From positions 10,984-74,983 of the forward strand of contig JAYRRZ010000040.1 in the NCBI GenBank assembly GCA_041909865.1: a DNA stretch of 64,000 bases, read 5' to 3'. Numbering within the stretch: the stretch's first letter is position 1; each line of letters opens with the position of its first letter. Origin of the DNA: Candidatus Altimarinota bacterium. GTDB taxonomy: Bacteria; Patescibacteriota; Gracilibacteria; BD1-5; UBA2023. The position numbers and the translations under genes are program-made. Shown here piece by piece: positions 42,754 to 53,787 of the stretch. Below the pieces are notes generated by a model. It saw nothing but the letters and a program-made list of their open reading frames with translations, searched no databases and was not told the origin of the DNA.

Positions 42754-43365
42754 ATGGAGGATTATTGAACAGAAGGGGTTATAGGTATTGATATAGATGA
42801 AATATTATTGGGATTTCTTGATAGCTTTCTTGAGTTTTATAATCAATAATATCGAACAGCTTTCCAAAAAAGCCAATTTTTTAGTTATAATTTTTGGGAG
42901 GTAACAGGACAAGATAAGACACAATGTTATAAGGATGTTCATGAGTTTTTTACAACACTATATTTTGAAGAAATGAAACCTCTTGATTGAGCTCGCGATG
43001 CAATTAGCGCGCTAAAACAAAAAGGTCATAAATTGGTTGCAATTACCTCCCGACAGACTATTTTAGTCGATAAAACACGGCGAAGTCTAGAGCGACATTT
43101 TCCATGAATGATTTGAGGGATTGAGTTTGGGAATCATTATGGAATGCAATGAGGTACACGAACAAAAGCGGAGATGTGTAGTCTCGTATGAGTGACTACC
43201 TTAGTTGAAGATTCATTAGTATATGCCAAAGAATGTGCAGGAAATGGTATAAGTGTGATTCTTATGGATAGTCCATGGAATCAAACGAGGGAACAGTTTC
43301 TATCAAATATTACTAGGGTAAAATCTTGGTGACAAGCTCTTGATATTCTCGGTGTATGCGAGTAA
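42754..43365 (+). pseudogene. HAD-superfamily 5'(3')-deoxyribonucleotidase-like gene interrupted by an in-frame TAA
   Basis: Motif I IGIDIDEIL lies upstream of the TAA at 42847-42849. Motifs VAITSR and LVEDS lie downstream in the same frame. Several TGA=Gly codons. Confidence 0.5.
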
Positions 43366-43615
43366 TTTAAGAATATTGAATTAGTTTTGCTTTTTCTCAT
43401 TTTTCACTATAATCCGCCCACTTATTTGGACGGGTTTTAGAAAGCTCCTTTTGTAAAGGAGCTGGATCGCGAAGCGAGACTGAGGATTTCTTTTTCAGAG
43501 CAACCCCCTCTGCCTCGTTTCACTCAGCTTCTCCCCCTCACAGGGGAGTCTCGAAACACTTGCGAGTGGCGGGAACCGTCTACTACTAACTATCTCTATT
43601 AACTATCACTCATCT

Positions 43616-44944
43616 ATGCAATCTACTGTTACACGTAAGAATTCATACACTCTCACTGTCAATGTGAAGGAATCGGGAGTAGAGCTAGAAAAAGCTCGCA
43701 AACAGGTTCTGGAGGAAATCCGTACCAAGGGAAAAGTGAAGGGATTCAAGCAAGGCTCTGCTATTCCTGATGCGGTTATTATCCGAGAATTCGGAGAAGC
43801 AGCTATCGAACAACAGGCGCTCGATGTTCTCGTTGAGAAGCTCTATCCGAAGGTTCTCAAAAAAGAGAATATTATTCCAGTTGCTCCAGGAAATATCACC
43901 GAAGTAAAGAGTACCAATCCTATTGAGCTCGTTATTGAGGTAGAAGTATTTCCAGAAATCGAACTCGATGAGAAGAAGTTAAACAAGATTCGCGTAAAGC
44001 GAACTCCAGTTTCTGTGAGTGACAAGGAGGTTGAGAGTGAGCTCGATACTATCAAATCTCGTTTTACCCACTTCCATAATGTCGGAGAGCATACAGATGA
44101 TGGTGCAGATACATCGAATGAAAAAGTAGAAAAAGGGGATCGTGTTACTATCACGGCTCAATGATATGAGAAGAAAGGTGGTGAACCAATCGCACAGACG
44201 TCTGTTCCGAGTTATCCACTTGTTATTGGTTCTGGTTCATTTATTCCTGGATTTGAGGAGGAACTTATCGGTGCAAAAGTGGATGATGAGGTTGCCTTTG
44301 ATATTACTTTCCCGAAGGATTACCATGCTCCAGAATTCCAGTCTCGCAAGGTTCACTTTACTGCAAAGGTAGAGAAACTCGAGAAGCCACATACTCCAGA
44401 ATTCACTGAAGAATTTATCGAGAAGCTCCGTGGAGTAAAAACCGACCTCGCATGACTCAAGGAAATCCTCGGCAATGAAATCCTTGTCAAGAAAGAACAA
44501 GAAGTTCGAAATAAGGACGAAGATGCTCTCATGAAACAGATGCTCGAAGTAGCAACATTTGAAGTCGGTCCAGCACTTCTCGCTGCTGAGACGGAGCAGA
44601 TTTTCCGTGAACAGAGTGGGAATCTTGAGCAACAAGGTCTCAATATGAAGATGTATCTTGAACACGTAAAGCTCAGTGAAGAAGGATACAAGGATACTAT
44701 TGTAAAGCCAGAAGCAGAGCGTCGTCTCAAGGCTGAGCTCCTTCTCCGCAAGATTCGCGAGATTCGTGGTATTGAAGCAGATGAGGCTGAAGTAAAAACA
44801 GAAATAGAAAAAGTAATTGCCCAGTATGGAAGTGCGGAAGTAGTAGATCGTCTCCGGTCAAAACTTATCCCTGGTGATGCGTATTATGAGGATATCAAGT
44901 CTCGTGTTACCTACCGAAAGGTGGTTGATGCTTTCTGGGAATAA
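43616..44944 (+). CDS. tig: Trigger factor
   Basis: ORFs 43616..44164 and 44531..44944 are in one frame and joined by TGAs. Central FKBP-like segment FIPGFEEELIGAKVDDEV. Confidence 0.85.
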
Positions 44945-44953
44945 AAATCAAAC

Positions 44954-44984
44954 AAAAAAACTGTCAGAAATGACAGTTTTTTTG
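44954..44984 (+). terminator. Rho-independent terminator after tig
   Basis: aaaaaaactgtca-gaaa-tgacagttttttt. Confidence 0.8.
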
Positions 44985-45079
44985 TTTATGATTCAATATA
45001 TTCTCACTTTTCCACAAAGATACCTTTTGTATACACGCATTTTTCCATATAATTCACTCACATTTTGTCCAATTTTTTT

Positions 45080-45760
45080 ATGCACGCATACGAAATAGAA
45101 ATCAAGGTTCTCCTCGGAGATAAACAGGTTCGCGATTCATTTATGGAGGCAGTTTCTATCAATTTTCCTGCCGTAAAGCATTCATATGCTGAGAGTCAGA
45201 AGAATCATTATTTCGAATGAGGAAATCTTGAGTGACTTCGAGATGCTTTTGCTTCACATCTTTCTCATGAAGAAATCGTCTGAATCGAAGATCTCATAAA
45301 AAATGCAAAAAGCTTCTCAGTTCGTACTCGTGGAACCAAGGATGAGACTATCCTTGTGGTAAAGGCAACGGTCAACGATGAGACAAGTTCCAATGGTACG
45401 GCTCGTATCGAGTGGGAAGTGGACTTGTTTCCTATGACTCTTGAACAAATGGACGATTTTGTTCTGGGGGCAGGATTCTCATACCAGGCAAAATGGTCCC
45501 GTGATCGCGATGAATACCAACTCAGTCATGATACGGCACTCTGTATTGATCGAAATGCGGGATATGGTTACCTTGCTGAGTTTGAACGGGTGATAGATAC
45601 TCCAGAGAAAATTGAAGCGACTCGTACTGACTTGCTTCAGATGATTGAGTTTCTCGGATACAAGGAGCTTGATCAGGCTCGACTTGCTCGTATGTTTGAT
45701 TTCTACAATCAGAATTGGAGAGAGTATTATGGTACAGATAAGGTGTTTACTATAGAATAA
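45080..45760 (+). CDS. CYTH-domain protein (CyaB/thiamine-triphosphatase-like)
   Basis: N-terminal YEIEIKV (EXEXK signature). ORF 45356..45760 extended upstream through three TGAs. Confidence 0.55.
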
Positions 45761-45768
45761 GTGTTTCT

Positions 45769-45860
45769 GTCATTTCGAGCGAATCCTGCTTATTGGGAGA
45801 AGTCGACAAATCTAAAAATTACAAGAATAAAAATCTACAGCGAGCTTCGGTCGAGATGAC
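45769..45860. repeat. Inverted pair of S-type repeat halves flanking about 55 nt (MITE-like arrangement)
   Basis: gtcatttcgagcgaatcc (45769-45786), and the reverse complement of cgagcttcggtcgagatgac (45841-45860). Confidence 0.45.
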
Positions 45861-45876
45861 AATGCCTTTCTTTCTT

Positions 45877-46281
45877 ATGTCTTGAACATTCAAAATCTAC
45901 ATCGGTTGTTCCCTCACACATGCAACAAGCGAGTTTCGTCAAATGATAGCTGATTTTAAAGATACACTCAGAAATCAGTATCGTGTGATTGATTTTCTAT
46001 GAGTGGATGATGCCGGATTATATACTTCGAAGAAGATATATAGTCATACTCTTGATTGTGTTGCTCAGTGTGATATCTTTCTTGCCGAATGTAGTTATCC
46101 AAGCACAGGACTCGGCTATGAGATCGCTCTTGCTGTACAAGAAAACAAAAAGATTATTCTCATTGCTCATCAGGATGCAAAGGTGACGCGTATGATTCTC
46201 GGGATCCCACCGGAAAAAGCAACCTTCTTGAGATATCAGGAGCTTACGGAGATATGAGATTTTATCATGAAAAACTACTAA
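45877..46281 (+). CDS. Nucleoside 2-deoxyribosyltransferase-like protein
   Basis: FKIYIGCSLTH..., CDIFLAECSYPSTGLGYEIALA. Three in-frame TGAs. Confidence 0.4.
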
Positions 46282-46282
46282 T

Positions 46283-47050
46283 ATGTCCGAAGAGCTGAAG
46301 ATTTTCATCATTTTTCTCATCGGGCTTTTTTCTGCGTATTTTGGGAGTTTTTCGTCTGGGTGAGTTTCGGTTCTCGGTGTTGGACTCTTGACAACTATGT
46401 GAATCTCTCCGCAGATGGCAAGTATCACGTATAAACTTGGAAAAATCGGTGATGTTCTTGGAGGTCTCTATTTATTCCACAAGAGTGGCAATATCCCGAC
46501 TCGATTCCTCTGGATTGGTGGAACTATATCCGTTGTTGGGAGCTTTATTGGTACATATCTCATCTTCTCAATACCAAATTGGATTATCTATGCGGTCTCA
46601 TGATCGAGTATGATACTTCTCACGATTACTGCCATACTAAAAAAATCGTGACTTCAAGCAAATTCATATGTCTCAAGAAGAAGGGAATATCTCTACTATG
46701 TCGGACTTTTTTGTCTCAATATATTTGGGAATCTTTTTATCGCGGGATCGTGAATCTGGTACTATTTTAATAATACTTTTATTATTAAGCTCCCAGTGCT
46801 CATGGCGAAGTGACTTGCAACCGCTATGAGTGTTTTTTGGTTTATCGGGAGCTTTGTTGCGATTCTTGTTCGAGGGCAATATGTTGTATCATGGGCGATT
46901 GCTCTTGCTACTGGGATGCTGATTGGATGATATTTTGGCACAAAACATATTATAAGAATCGGGAATCACACACTTCGAAATATACTACTCTCAACAATCA
47001 TAGTTTTTGCTTTCTATTTTCTCTATCTTGCATATAATTCGTACCGATAA
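46283..47050 (+). CDS. TauE/SafE (DUF81) family anion exporter
   Basis: Repeated-TM protein containing ORF 46415..46603 in frame. Gly-rich TM motifs. About 8 in-frame TGAs. Confidence 0.6.
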
Positions 47051-47067
47051 TTTTTCACTTTTTTCCT

Positions 47068-48033
47068 ATGTCTAAGCATCCAGAATATCAGTACCTTGAT
47101 CTCCTCGGGGATATCCTCGCGAATGGTTGGGAAAAGCCAACATTTGTGGAGTCAACAGTCAAAGACACCAATTCTCGTACGTCCGTTTTTGGTCGCCAAA
47201 TGAGATTTGATTTATCTCAAGGGTTTCCTTTGCTCACAACAAAAAAGGTTTTCCTCAAAGGGATTATCCATGAGCTTCTTTGGTTCCTCAATGGTGATTC
47301 CAATGTAAAGTATCTCGCCGATAACAATGTGAGAATCTGGGATGATTGGGCGTATAAAAATTATTCCAAAGCTGTCGAGAAGGGAACTGAACCAGCGATG
47401 ACTCAGGAGGAATTCATGAATAAAATCCGCTTGCTTGATAAAAATGACCCATTCGTCCTCAAGTATGGTGAGCTCGGTCCTGTCTATGGAAAACAGTGGA
47501 GAAAATGGAAGGCAACTGATGGTCGCGAGATTGACCAGATTGCTTGGGCAATAGAAAAGCTCCGAAAGACACCTAATCGCAATCATTGTGTTATCTCCGC
47601 GTGGAATCCAGAATACATCTACGAAATGGCGTTACCAGGGAATTCTATGGCAATTCCACCATGCCATACTCTTTTCCACTTCATAGTTTTGGACAACAAG
47701 CTCTCTTGTCAGCTCTATCAACGAAGTGCTGATGTGTTTCTCGGTGTACCATTCAATATCGCGAGTTATGCACTTCTCACGATGATGGTAGCTCATGTAC
47801 TCGGATTTGAGCTCGGAGAATTCGTTCATACCCTCGGAGATGCTCATCTTTATGCCAATCATAAGGAACAAGCAAAGGAACAAATGGCTCGTGAGCCACG
47901 ACCATTTCCTATTATGAAGCTCAATCCAGATGTGAAGGAGATTGACAGATTTACTTATGAAGACTTCACTCTCGAAGGATATGATCCGCATCCACCGATT
48001 AAAGGCGATATTACCGTCGTGGGAGGATTCTAA
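47068..48033 (+). CDS. thyA: Thymidylate synthase (ThyA type)
   Basis: Intact 321-aa ORF with active-site PPCHTLFHF and DLGPVYG-like [11 protein letters not shown]. No TGA codons. Confidence 0.95.
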   Translation: MSKHPEYQYLDLLGDILANGWEKPTFVESTVKDTNSRTSVFGRQMRFDLSQGFPLLTTKKVFLKGIIHELLWFLNGDSNVKYLADNNVRIWDDWAYKNYSKAVEKGTEPAMTQEEFMNKIRLLDKNDPFVLKYGELGPVYGKQWRKWKATDGREIDQIAWAIEKLRKTPNRNHCVISAWNPEYIYEMALPGNSMAIPPCHTLFHFIVLDNKLSCQLYQRSADVFLGVPFNIASYALLTMMVAHVLGFELGEFVHTLGDAHLYANHKEQAKEQMAREPRPFPIMKLNPDVKEIDRFTYEDFTLEGYDPHPPIKGDITVVGGF

Positions 48034-48042
48034 TACCGATAA

Positions 48043-48912
48043 ATGATTCTCCTCTACGCTTTTTTTGTTCTCACATTTCTGAACGCTTTCAAAGATATTG
48101 CTATCAAAAAGTGACTCAAAGATATGAGCGCTGGCATGATGACTGGATTGACCGCTCTTATCATGGTATGTATCAGCGTACCTGGACTTATCTATACAGG
48201 AATTCCAGAGCATATGGAGCTTTCATTTCTTTGGGTAGTTGCATGAGGTGGGATTTTTTATTATTTTGGGAAATTTTTTAACTTTACGGCACTATCTCTG
48301 GGTGATATTTCCCTCATTTCCCCAATGAAATGACTTGTAACGATTTCCGTGATGATTTCCAGTTTTCTCTTATTGGGTGAAGGAGTGACCTGGGCTTGAG
48401 GTATAGGAATTTTTCTTATTTTCTTTGGTACCTACTTTCTTGCTATCGAGAAGACACATACTCACGTCTTTGCGCCGCTTCAGTCACTTTGGAGAAATCC
48501 ATGATCACGAATATATCTTCTTGCTATATTTTTCTATGGATACACGGTTACATTTGATCGTATGGGGGTACAAGGAAGCAATATATGGTTATGGACTCTT
48601 GCGATGAATAGTATTATGTTCATAATGAGTTTTCCAGATATGTACCGCGAACGAGAGATTCTCTCATGACTCATAAAAAACTTCTGGAAAGTTCTTGTAA
48701 TGATCCTCTTTCTTCACGCATTCGTCTATGTTTCTCAAATGTGGATAGTTTCACAGGTGATAGCTCCATATACAAGTGCTTTTAAGGCCGCTTCGGCACT
48801 TTTTGCTGTAATCTTTGGTGGATGGTTCTTTCAGGAGAAAGATCTTTTGAAGCGATTTATCGCTGCGATTATTATTCTTTTGGGGGTCTTGTTTGTAGGA
48901 TTCTTTGGGTAA
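48043..48912 (+). CDS. EamA/DMT-family transporter
   Basis: Ten-TM-like profile. ORF 48700..48912 is in frame. Seven in-frame TGAs. Confidence 0.6.
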
Positions 48913-48979
48913 TAAAATATTGCTTCTTCTATGGGGATACATATAATTCCAATCGATATTTATTGGTTATTTTTTTAAA

Positions 48980-49084
48980 GTGGGAAATCAATTGAAGTAC
49001 ATATTTTTTGATACTGATGGTGTTCTTGTTCACTCAGATATGTGGAGCAATGAATATACTCAGAGAAAAAAATTTAATTCTTAA
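48980..49084 (+). pseudogene. Remnant of a HAD hydrolase N-terminus
   Basis: VGNQLKYIFFDTDGVLVHSDMWSNEYTQRKKFNS-stop. It carries HAD motif I but only about 35 codons. Confidence 0.4.
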
Positions 49085-49096
49085 GCAAGCTATTGC

Positions 49097-49570
49097 ATGA
49101 AAATAGTCGCTATCCTTGCCATGGATGAATCTCGACTTATCGGGAAGAGTAACGCACTCCCATGGAACATACCCGAAGATATGAAACGCTTCCGTGAGTT
49201 CACGACTGGAGGTATTGTTGTGATGGGAAGGAATACATACTTCTCTCTCCCAGAGAAAGTACGTCCACTCCCGAATCGTCGGAATATTGTGATCACTCGA
49301 GAATCCATCGAGTGAATAGAGTGCTATGCAAGTATCGAAAGTTGTTTCGAATATCTCAAAAATGAACAAGTATGAAAAGTATACCTCATCGGATGAGCCT
49401 CACTCTATAATCAATTTTTCGAAAAATGATTGGTCGATGAGGTTGAGTTGACACTTGTTTCTGGAACGAATGAGTGAGATATATTTGTGAATGAGTGGAG
49501 AAACAATTTTGTGGCAGTGAAGAGCGAGGATTTTGCGCAAGGGAAATTTATTACTTACACGAAACAGTAA
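49097..49570 (+). CDS. folA: Dihydrofolate reductase
   Basis: GKSNALPWNIPEDMKRFREFTTGGIVVMGRNTYFSLPEKVRPLPNRRNIVITR. Several TGA=Gly codons in the C-terminal half. Confidence 0.85.
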
Positions 49571-50244
49571 TGTACATCGTTCTCGAGGGCATCGTTGGTT
49601 CTGGTAAATCCACCCAAGTCAAGAAGTTGGTGGAGTATTTTACCTCACTCCAGCCATCTCCTTTAGGAGAGGGGGTTAGTACTGCCTCTCCTCTCTGACG
49701 AAGAGGAGATTGATGAGTGAAGTGCATTCAAGTCAGAGAACCTGGCTCGACTCCTATCGCTGAGGATATTCGTCACCTCGCTCAGAGGAAAGAATGGGAA
49801 AATGAACTGATGCACCCACTCACCAATGCTTATCTCTATGCGGCAGCTCGAGCACAGACGCTTCAGACGATTGTGAAACCAGCCCTTGAACGAGGGGATA
49901 TCGTTGTCTCAGATCGGTCATTTCTCTCCTCATGCGCCATCCAGTGAGAGGCTCAGTGACTCGGCATCAATACGGTTCTCTGGATTAACAAAAGCGCTGT
50001 CGAGAAGCTCCTTCCAGATATCATCATCTATCTTGATATTGACATTGATACTGCCCTCTCTCGTACCTTTGACTCCTTGGGAGATAAGTTCGAGAAAGAA
50101 TGAAAAGATTTCTACAGACGAATTATCTGTGGGTATGAAAAGTGTGAAAAGTGGAATAAGATAAAAAATCGATTTTTTCGTGTCGATGCAAATGGAACAG
50201 AGGAGGAAGTTTTTGAGAGAATAGTATCAAAATTAAAGATTTAA
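49570..50244 (+). CDS. tmk: Thymidylate kinase with an in-frame repeat insertion after the P-loop helix
   Basis: MYIVLEGIVGSGKSTQ P-loop, VREPGSTPIAEDIR, SDRSFLSS. TAATG overlap with folA. Confidence 0.8.
49648..49716 (+). repeat. Double-hairpin element inserted in frame in tmk
   Basis: ctcct-tta-ggagag and TCTCCTCT-ctgacga-AGAGGAGA. It encodes LQPSPLGEGVSTASPLGRRGDGG between the P-loop helix and the VREPG motif. Confidence 0.5.
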
Positions 50245-50248
50245 TAGT

Positions 50249-50815
50249 ATGGAAAAATTAACAAAATCTCTTCGTGAACACGCTGAAAGATTTCCAGCGG
50301 AATCTGAGATGATTCATCGAATGATTGGCTTTCTCGAAAGAAATAATCAGAAATCTTTTCATAACTGGCATTGGGATGATGGACATATCACCGCTTCATT
50401 GCTCGTCGTGAATTCAGAGTTTACGAAGGTTCTCCTTATGTTTCACAAGAAACTCCAGAGATGGCTCCAATTTGGTGGACATAGTGATGATTCTCCAGAT
50501 GTTCTCGCTACCGCGATTCGGGAGTTTTATGAGGAGTCAGGCATTAAACAGGAACCAGAGATTTACCAGTATTCTGACTCCCAAGATTTCCCTATATTTG
50601 ATATTGATATCCATGATATTCCTGCTGATGCAAAGGGACGACCTGCACACAAACACTATGATATCCGATTTCTCGGCATTATCCCTGATGCGGTTGCCAT
50701 GAGTCGCCAAGTTGATGAGAGTGATGATATGCGCTGGTTTGATATCAATGGGGTAGAAAAATATCTTGAAGAAGAAGGTCTTCTTCGTATGATAGTGAAA
50801 GTAAAGATTTTATGA
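50249..50815 (+). CDS. NUDIX hydrolase
   Basis: Nudix box GGHSDDSPDVLATAIREFYEESGI. Confidence 0.8.
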   Translation: MEKLTKSLREHAERFPAESEMIHRMIGFLERNNQKSFHNWHWDDGHITASLLVVNSEFTKVLLMFHKKLQRWLQFGGHSDDSPDVLATAIREFYEESGIKQEPEIYQYSDSQDFPIFDIDIHDIPADAKGRPAHKHYDIRFLGIIPDAVAMSRQVDESDDMRWFDINGVEKYLEEEGLLRMIVKVKIL

Positions 50816-51282
50816 AAATAGCTATCCGTCCAAAATACACATTTTTTGATTTAGATAGGTTTAATTTTGCAATTGAGCATATTTTACTTACTCAATACAA
50901 GGCTGGATCCAGGGATGATGATGCCCCAAAAACCACAGACTGTATTACGGCGGTTCGCTATATTCTCAAGCATTCTTCAGATTTCATCCTTCCTAATGGA
51001 TATATTGGTGATTTTCCGAATATTCTCCTTAAACAATGATCACAAAAAATTCCAGTTTCAGAAGTACAGGAGTGAGATCTTATTTTCTTTGAGCGAATGT
51101 CCTTTACTCATGCAAAGTATATGATTACACATATTGGAGTTATGGTTTCTAACACTGAGTTTTTCCATTCTTCGCTTCATTTTGGATGAGGAAAGATTTC
51201 CTCTGTGGAAGATTTTGATTATAAGAATAGTATTCTCGACGAATCATTTCTCGCGATTGCTCATGATCCACGTAACCAATAA
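50812..51282 (+). CDS. NlpC/P60-like cysteine peptidase
   Basis: Cys context TTDCITAVRYIL and His context ITHIGVMV. ATGA overlap with the Nudix gene. Three in-frame TGAs. Confidence 0.45.
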
Positions 51283-51285
51283 TTC

Positions 51286-52458
51286 ATGAAAAAAACACTC
51301 TTCATCATCGACGCATACAATCTGATTTATCGGATGTTCTATGCTATTCCTGAGATGCATACTCGCTCATGACAACCGGTAAATGCAATTTTCTGAGTAG
51401 CGAAGTTCCTCAAGTGACTTGCTGAGGAGAATCCAGAGGCTGCTCTCGTGGTGGCAACAGATGTGGGAAAGAGCTTTAGACAGGATATGTATGTCGAGTA
51501 CAAGGCACAAAGAGACAGGATGCCAGATAATCTCAGTTCTCAGATTGATGGAGTGTTTGATTTGTTTCGTCTGGCTTCAGTAGATATAATCTCTATGGAG
51601 TGATATGAAGCAGATGACATCATTGGATCTATCGCTCATCAATATGAGAATAATTCGTATCAGATTGTGATTATCTCTTCGGATAAGGATCTCTGTCAGT
51701 TTGTTCGAGATGGACACGTACATATCTATGATGCTATGAAGCGCAAATTCATGAAGGAATCTGATGTACTGGAGAAATTCTGAGTTCCAACTCATCAGGT
51801 TTGTGATTATCTCGCGATTGTTGGAGATAGTTCAGATAATATTCCTGGGATATCCGGTTTTGGGCCAAAGAAAGCGGTTGATCTCCTCTCGAAGTATGCC
51901 ACTTTAGATGGAATCTATGCACATCTTGGTGAATTGACGAGCAAAATGCAGGAAATCCTCACAATCCAGAAAAATAATGCCTTCCTCTCTCAAGAGCTCG
52001 CTACTATAAAGACAGATCTTCCAATAATTCCTCTTCCAGAGGTAGCTTTTGCTCAGTGAATCGAAAATGATGCATATATTGAGATTCTCCGAAAATATGA
52101 GTTCCGTTCCCTCATTCCAGTGGGAAAAGATATCCCACAGAAAGCATCCCCATCAATCCAAGTCGAGCCTATTACGATGATGCATGATCTCCAGAAGATA
52201 GAGCATCTTATCCGAGAAGGAAAGATTAAAAAGTTGATTATTTCAACCGATTCCCTTGGGAAGATATTTCTCTGAAGTGGCGAATTAATGTATAGTATTG
52301 ATACTGCTATAATTGATGTGAGTGAATTCCTCGAGGTCTTGTTTTCTTCAGATGTTGAGCTCGTTGGCTATAATCTCAAGGCTGACATCAAGCGACTTCA
52401 TGCCATACAAAAACCCCTGGAATCAGGGGTTTCGGAGGAGCAGGGGAGATTGTTTTAG
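51286..52458 (+). CDS. Pol I-type 5'-3' exonuclease (FEN domain) with a truncated 3'-5'-exonuclease-like tail; no polymerase domain
   Basis: LFIIDAYNLIYRMFYA, SSDKDLCQ, VGDSSDNIPGISGFGPKKAVDLL. Ends at TAG 52456-52458. Confidence 0.8.
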
Positions 52459-53738
52459 GCTTTATTTCCATATAGCTTATCTAATACTTGTACCACTTGT
52501 CTTCATGCCTCTGAAGATTTATTATTCATACGGTCTCCATTATGGTAACTGAGTCATGAAGCATCTTTTGCAATAGCTGCCCACTCTGCTGCAAGATTCA
52601 ACTGAAAATCACGCTTCAACATACGTCATGCCTTGAAATCTTGCAGTCATCGCTCATTCAGTTTCAAGAATGCAAGCCGGTCTTGAGTTTCCTTAGAAAA
52701 TATAGTAGAACCACTAATTTGATATTTATCCATCATTCACTCGAGAGTAGCAGTCATGAACTGATACCGTCATATTGCGGCTGATCAGCGTCATTTTGTA
52801 TAGCGTCTTTGGTAGTTGAGAATCTGATCAAGAGTCATTTCAGTAAATTTTTCCTCATACTGTCCAGCGTTTCCGTAGATAGCATTATAGTTATTTCAAG
52901 TTCATTCCGCAATTGATATAAATTTTAGAAGACCGTAGTCTCACTCACCTATATCATTTATATCAAAATTGATGGTTCAGTATTTCTGCATATTGGACAT
53001 TTCCTCTTGTGCCATTTTTTCCAGTCAGACATCTTCTGGAAGCCTTGTTATGGCAACTCAATTATTATTGATAGTGTCACGTGTACGAATCTTTTGCCAT
53101 CTCTTTTCTGCCGCATCATTTGCTGCTTGGAGTTCAGATTCAGGAATAGTATCTTTCCTCTCAACAATTGCTATCGTGTATCCATCATAGATTGCTTGGT
53201 ATTCTCATTTTATGTCATAATATCCTGGACGCGGAATATTGCGACGTTCACATTGTACCCCATTGATTGTAACTTTTGTCACTTGAGCAGGAAGGATATC
53301 TCCAGCACCAATCTTTTGTGCAATATCTTTGTTGCCACCGAAATTCACAATAAATGTATCACCACTCTTCATTGCAGATGAATTGGCAGCTTCGGCAGGA
53401 TTCGACTCTCGAACTAAAGTAAGACCTGCAATATCAACTCCATATTTTCTAAGCAAACCGAGATCTGATCCAAGATAGGTTTCTGGGTTTTTCCCTGCAA
53501 GAATTACTCTGCGAGGATCTAGCCCACCTGGCTTACAGGAAGTAACCTTTCTAATAGCAATAAATTGTTCTAGACGAGTAATATTTCTTTGAATTGACTC
53601 CTTCTCTTGAGTCGGGGCATCTTCTAACTCTTTTCGGAGCTGAGCGAGTTCCTTCACCACACTAAGAATTTCCCGCTTTTCTGGTATAAGCGAAGGATTT
53701 TCTGACGGGGCGTAGCTATAGAATACTCGTACTTTCAT
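52455..53738 (-). CDS. Fusion protein: unknown about 230-aa N-terminal region plus lambda-type lysozyme / lytic transglycosylase (GH104-like) domain; no signal peptide seen
   Basis: ORF 53205..53738 continues through 14 TGAs. ISIAEGTGNNYNAIYGN ... SAAIGRYQFM ... ETQDRLAFLKLNERG ... EWAAIAK parallels phage lambda R (AWSEGT...GAGRYQLL...SQDAVALQ...WASLPG). Confidence 0.6.
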
Positions 53739-53787
53739 TGGACAAACTTTATTTTTATTTATATGTATTTTTTAATGGAAATCAACT

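Noticed and set aside
52455-53738. The lambda-type lysozyme could mark a prophage.
   Set aside because: No integrase, capsid, terminase, tail or holin-like genes lie within at least 10 kb on either side. The flanking genes are ordinary chromosomal genes. The lysozyme gene itself uses 14 UGA=Gly codons, like native genes.
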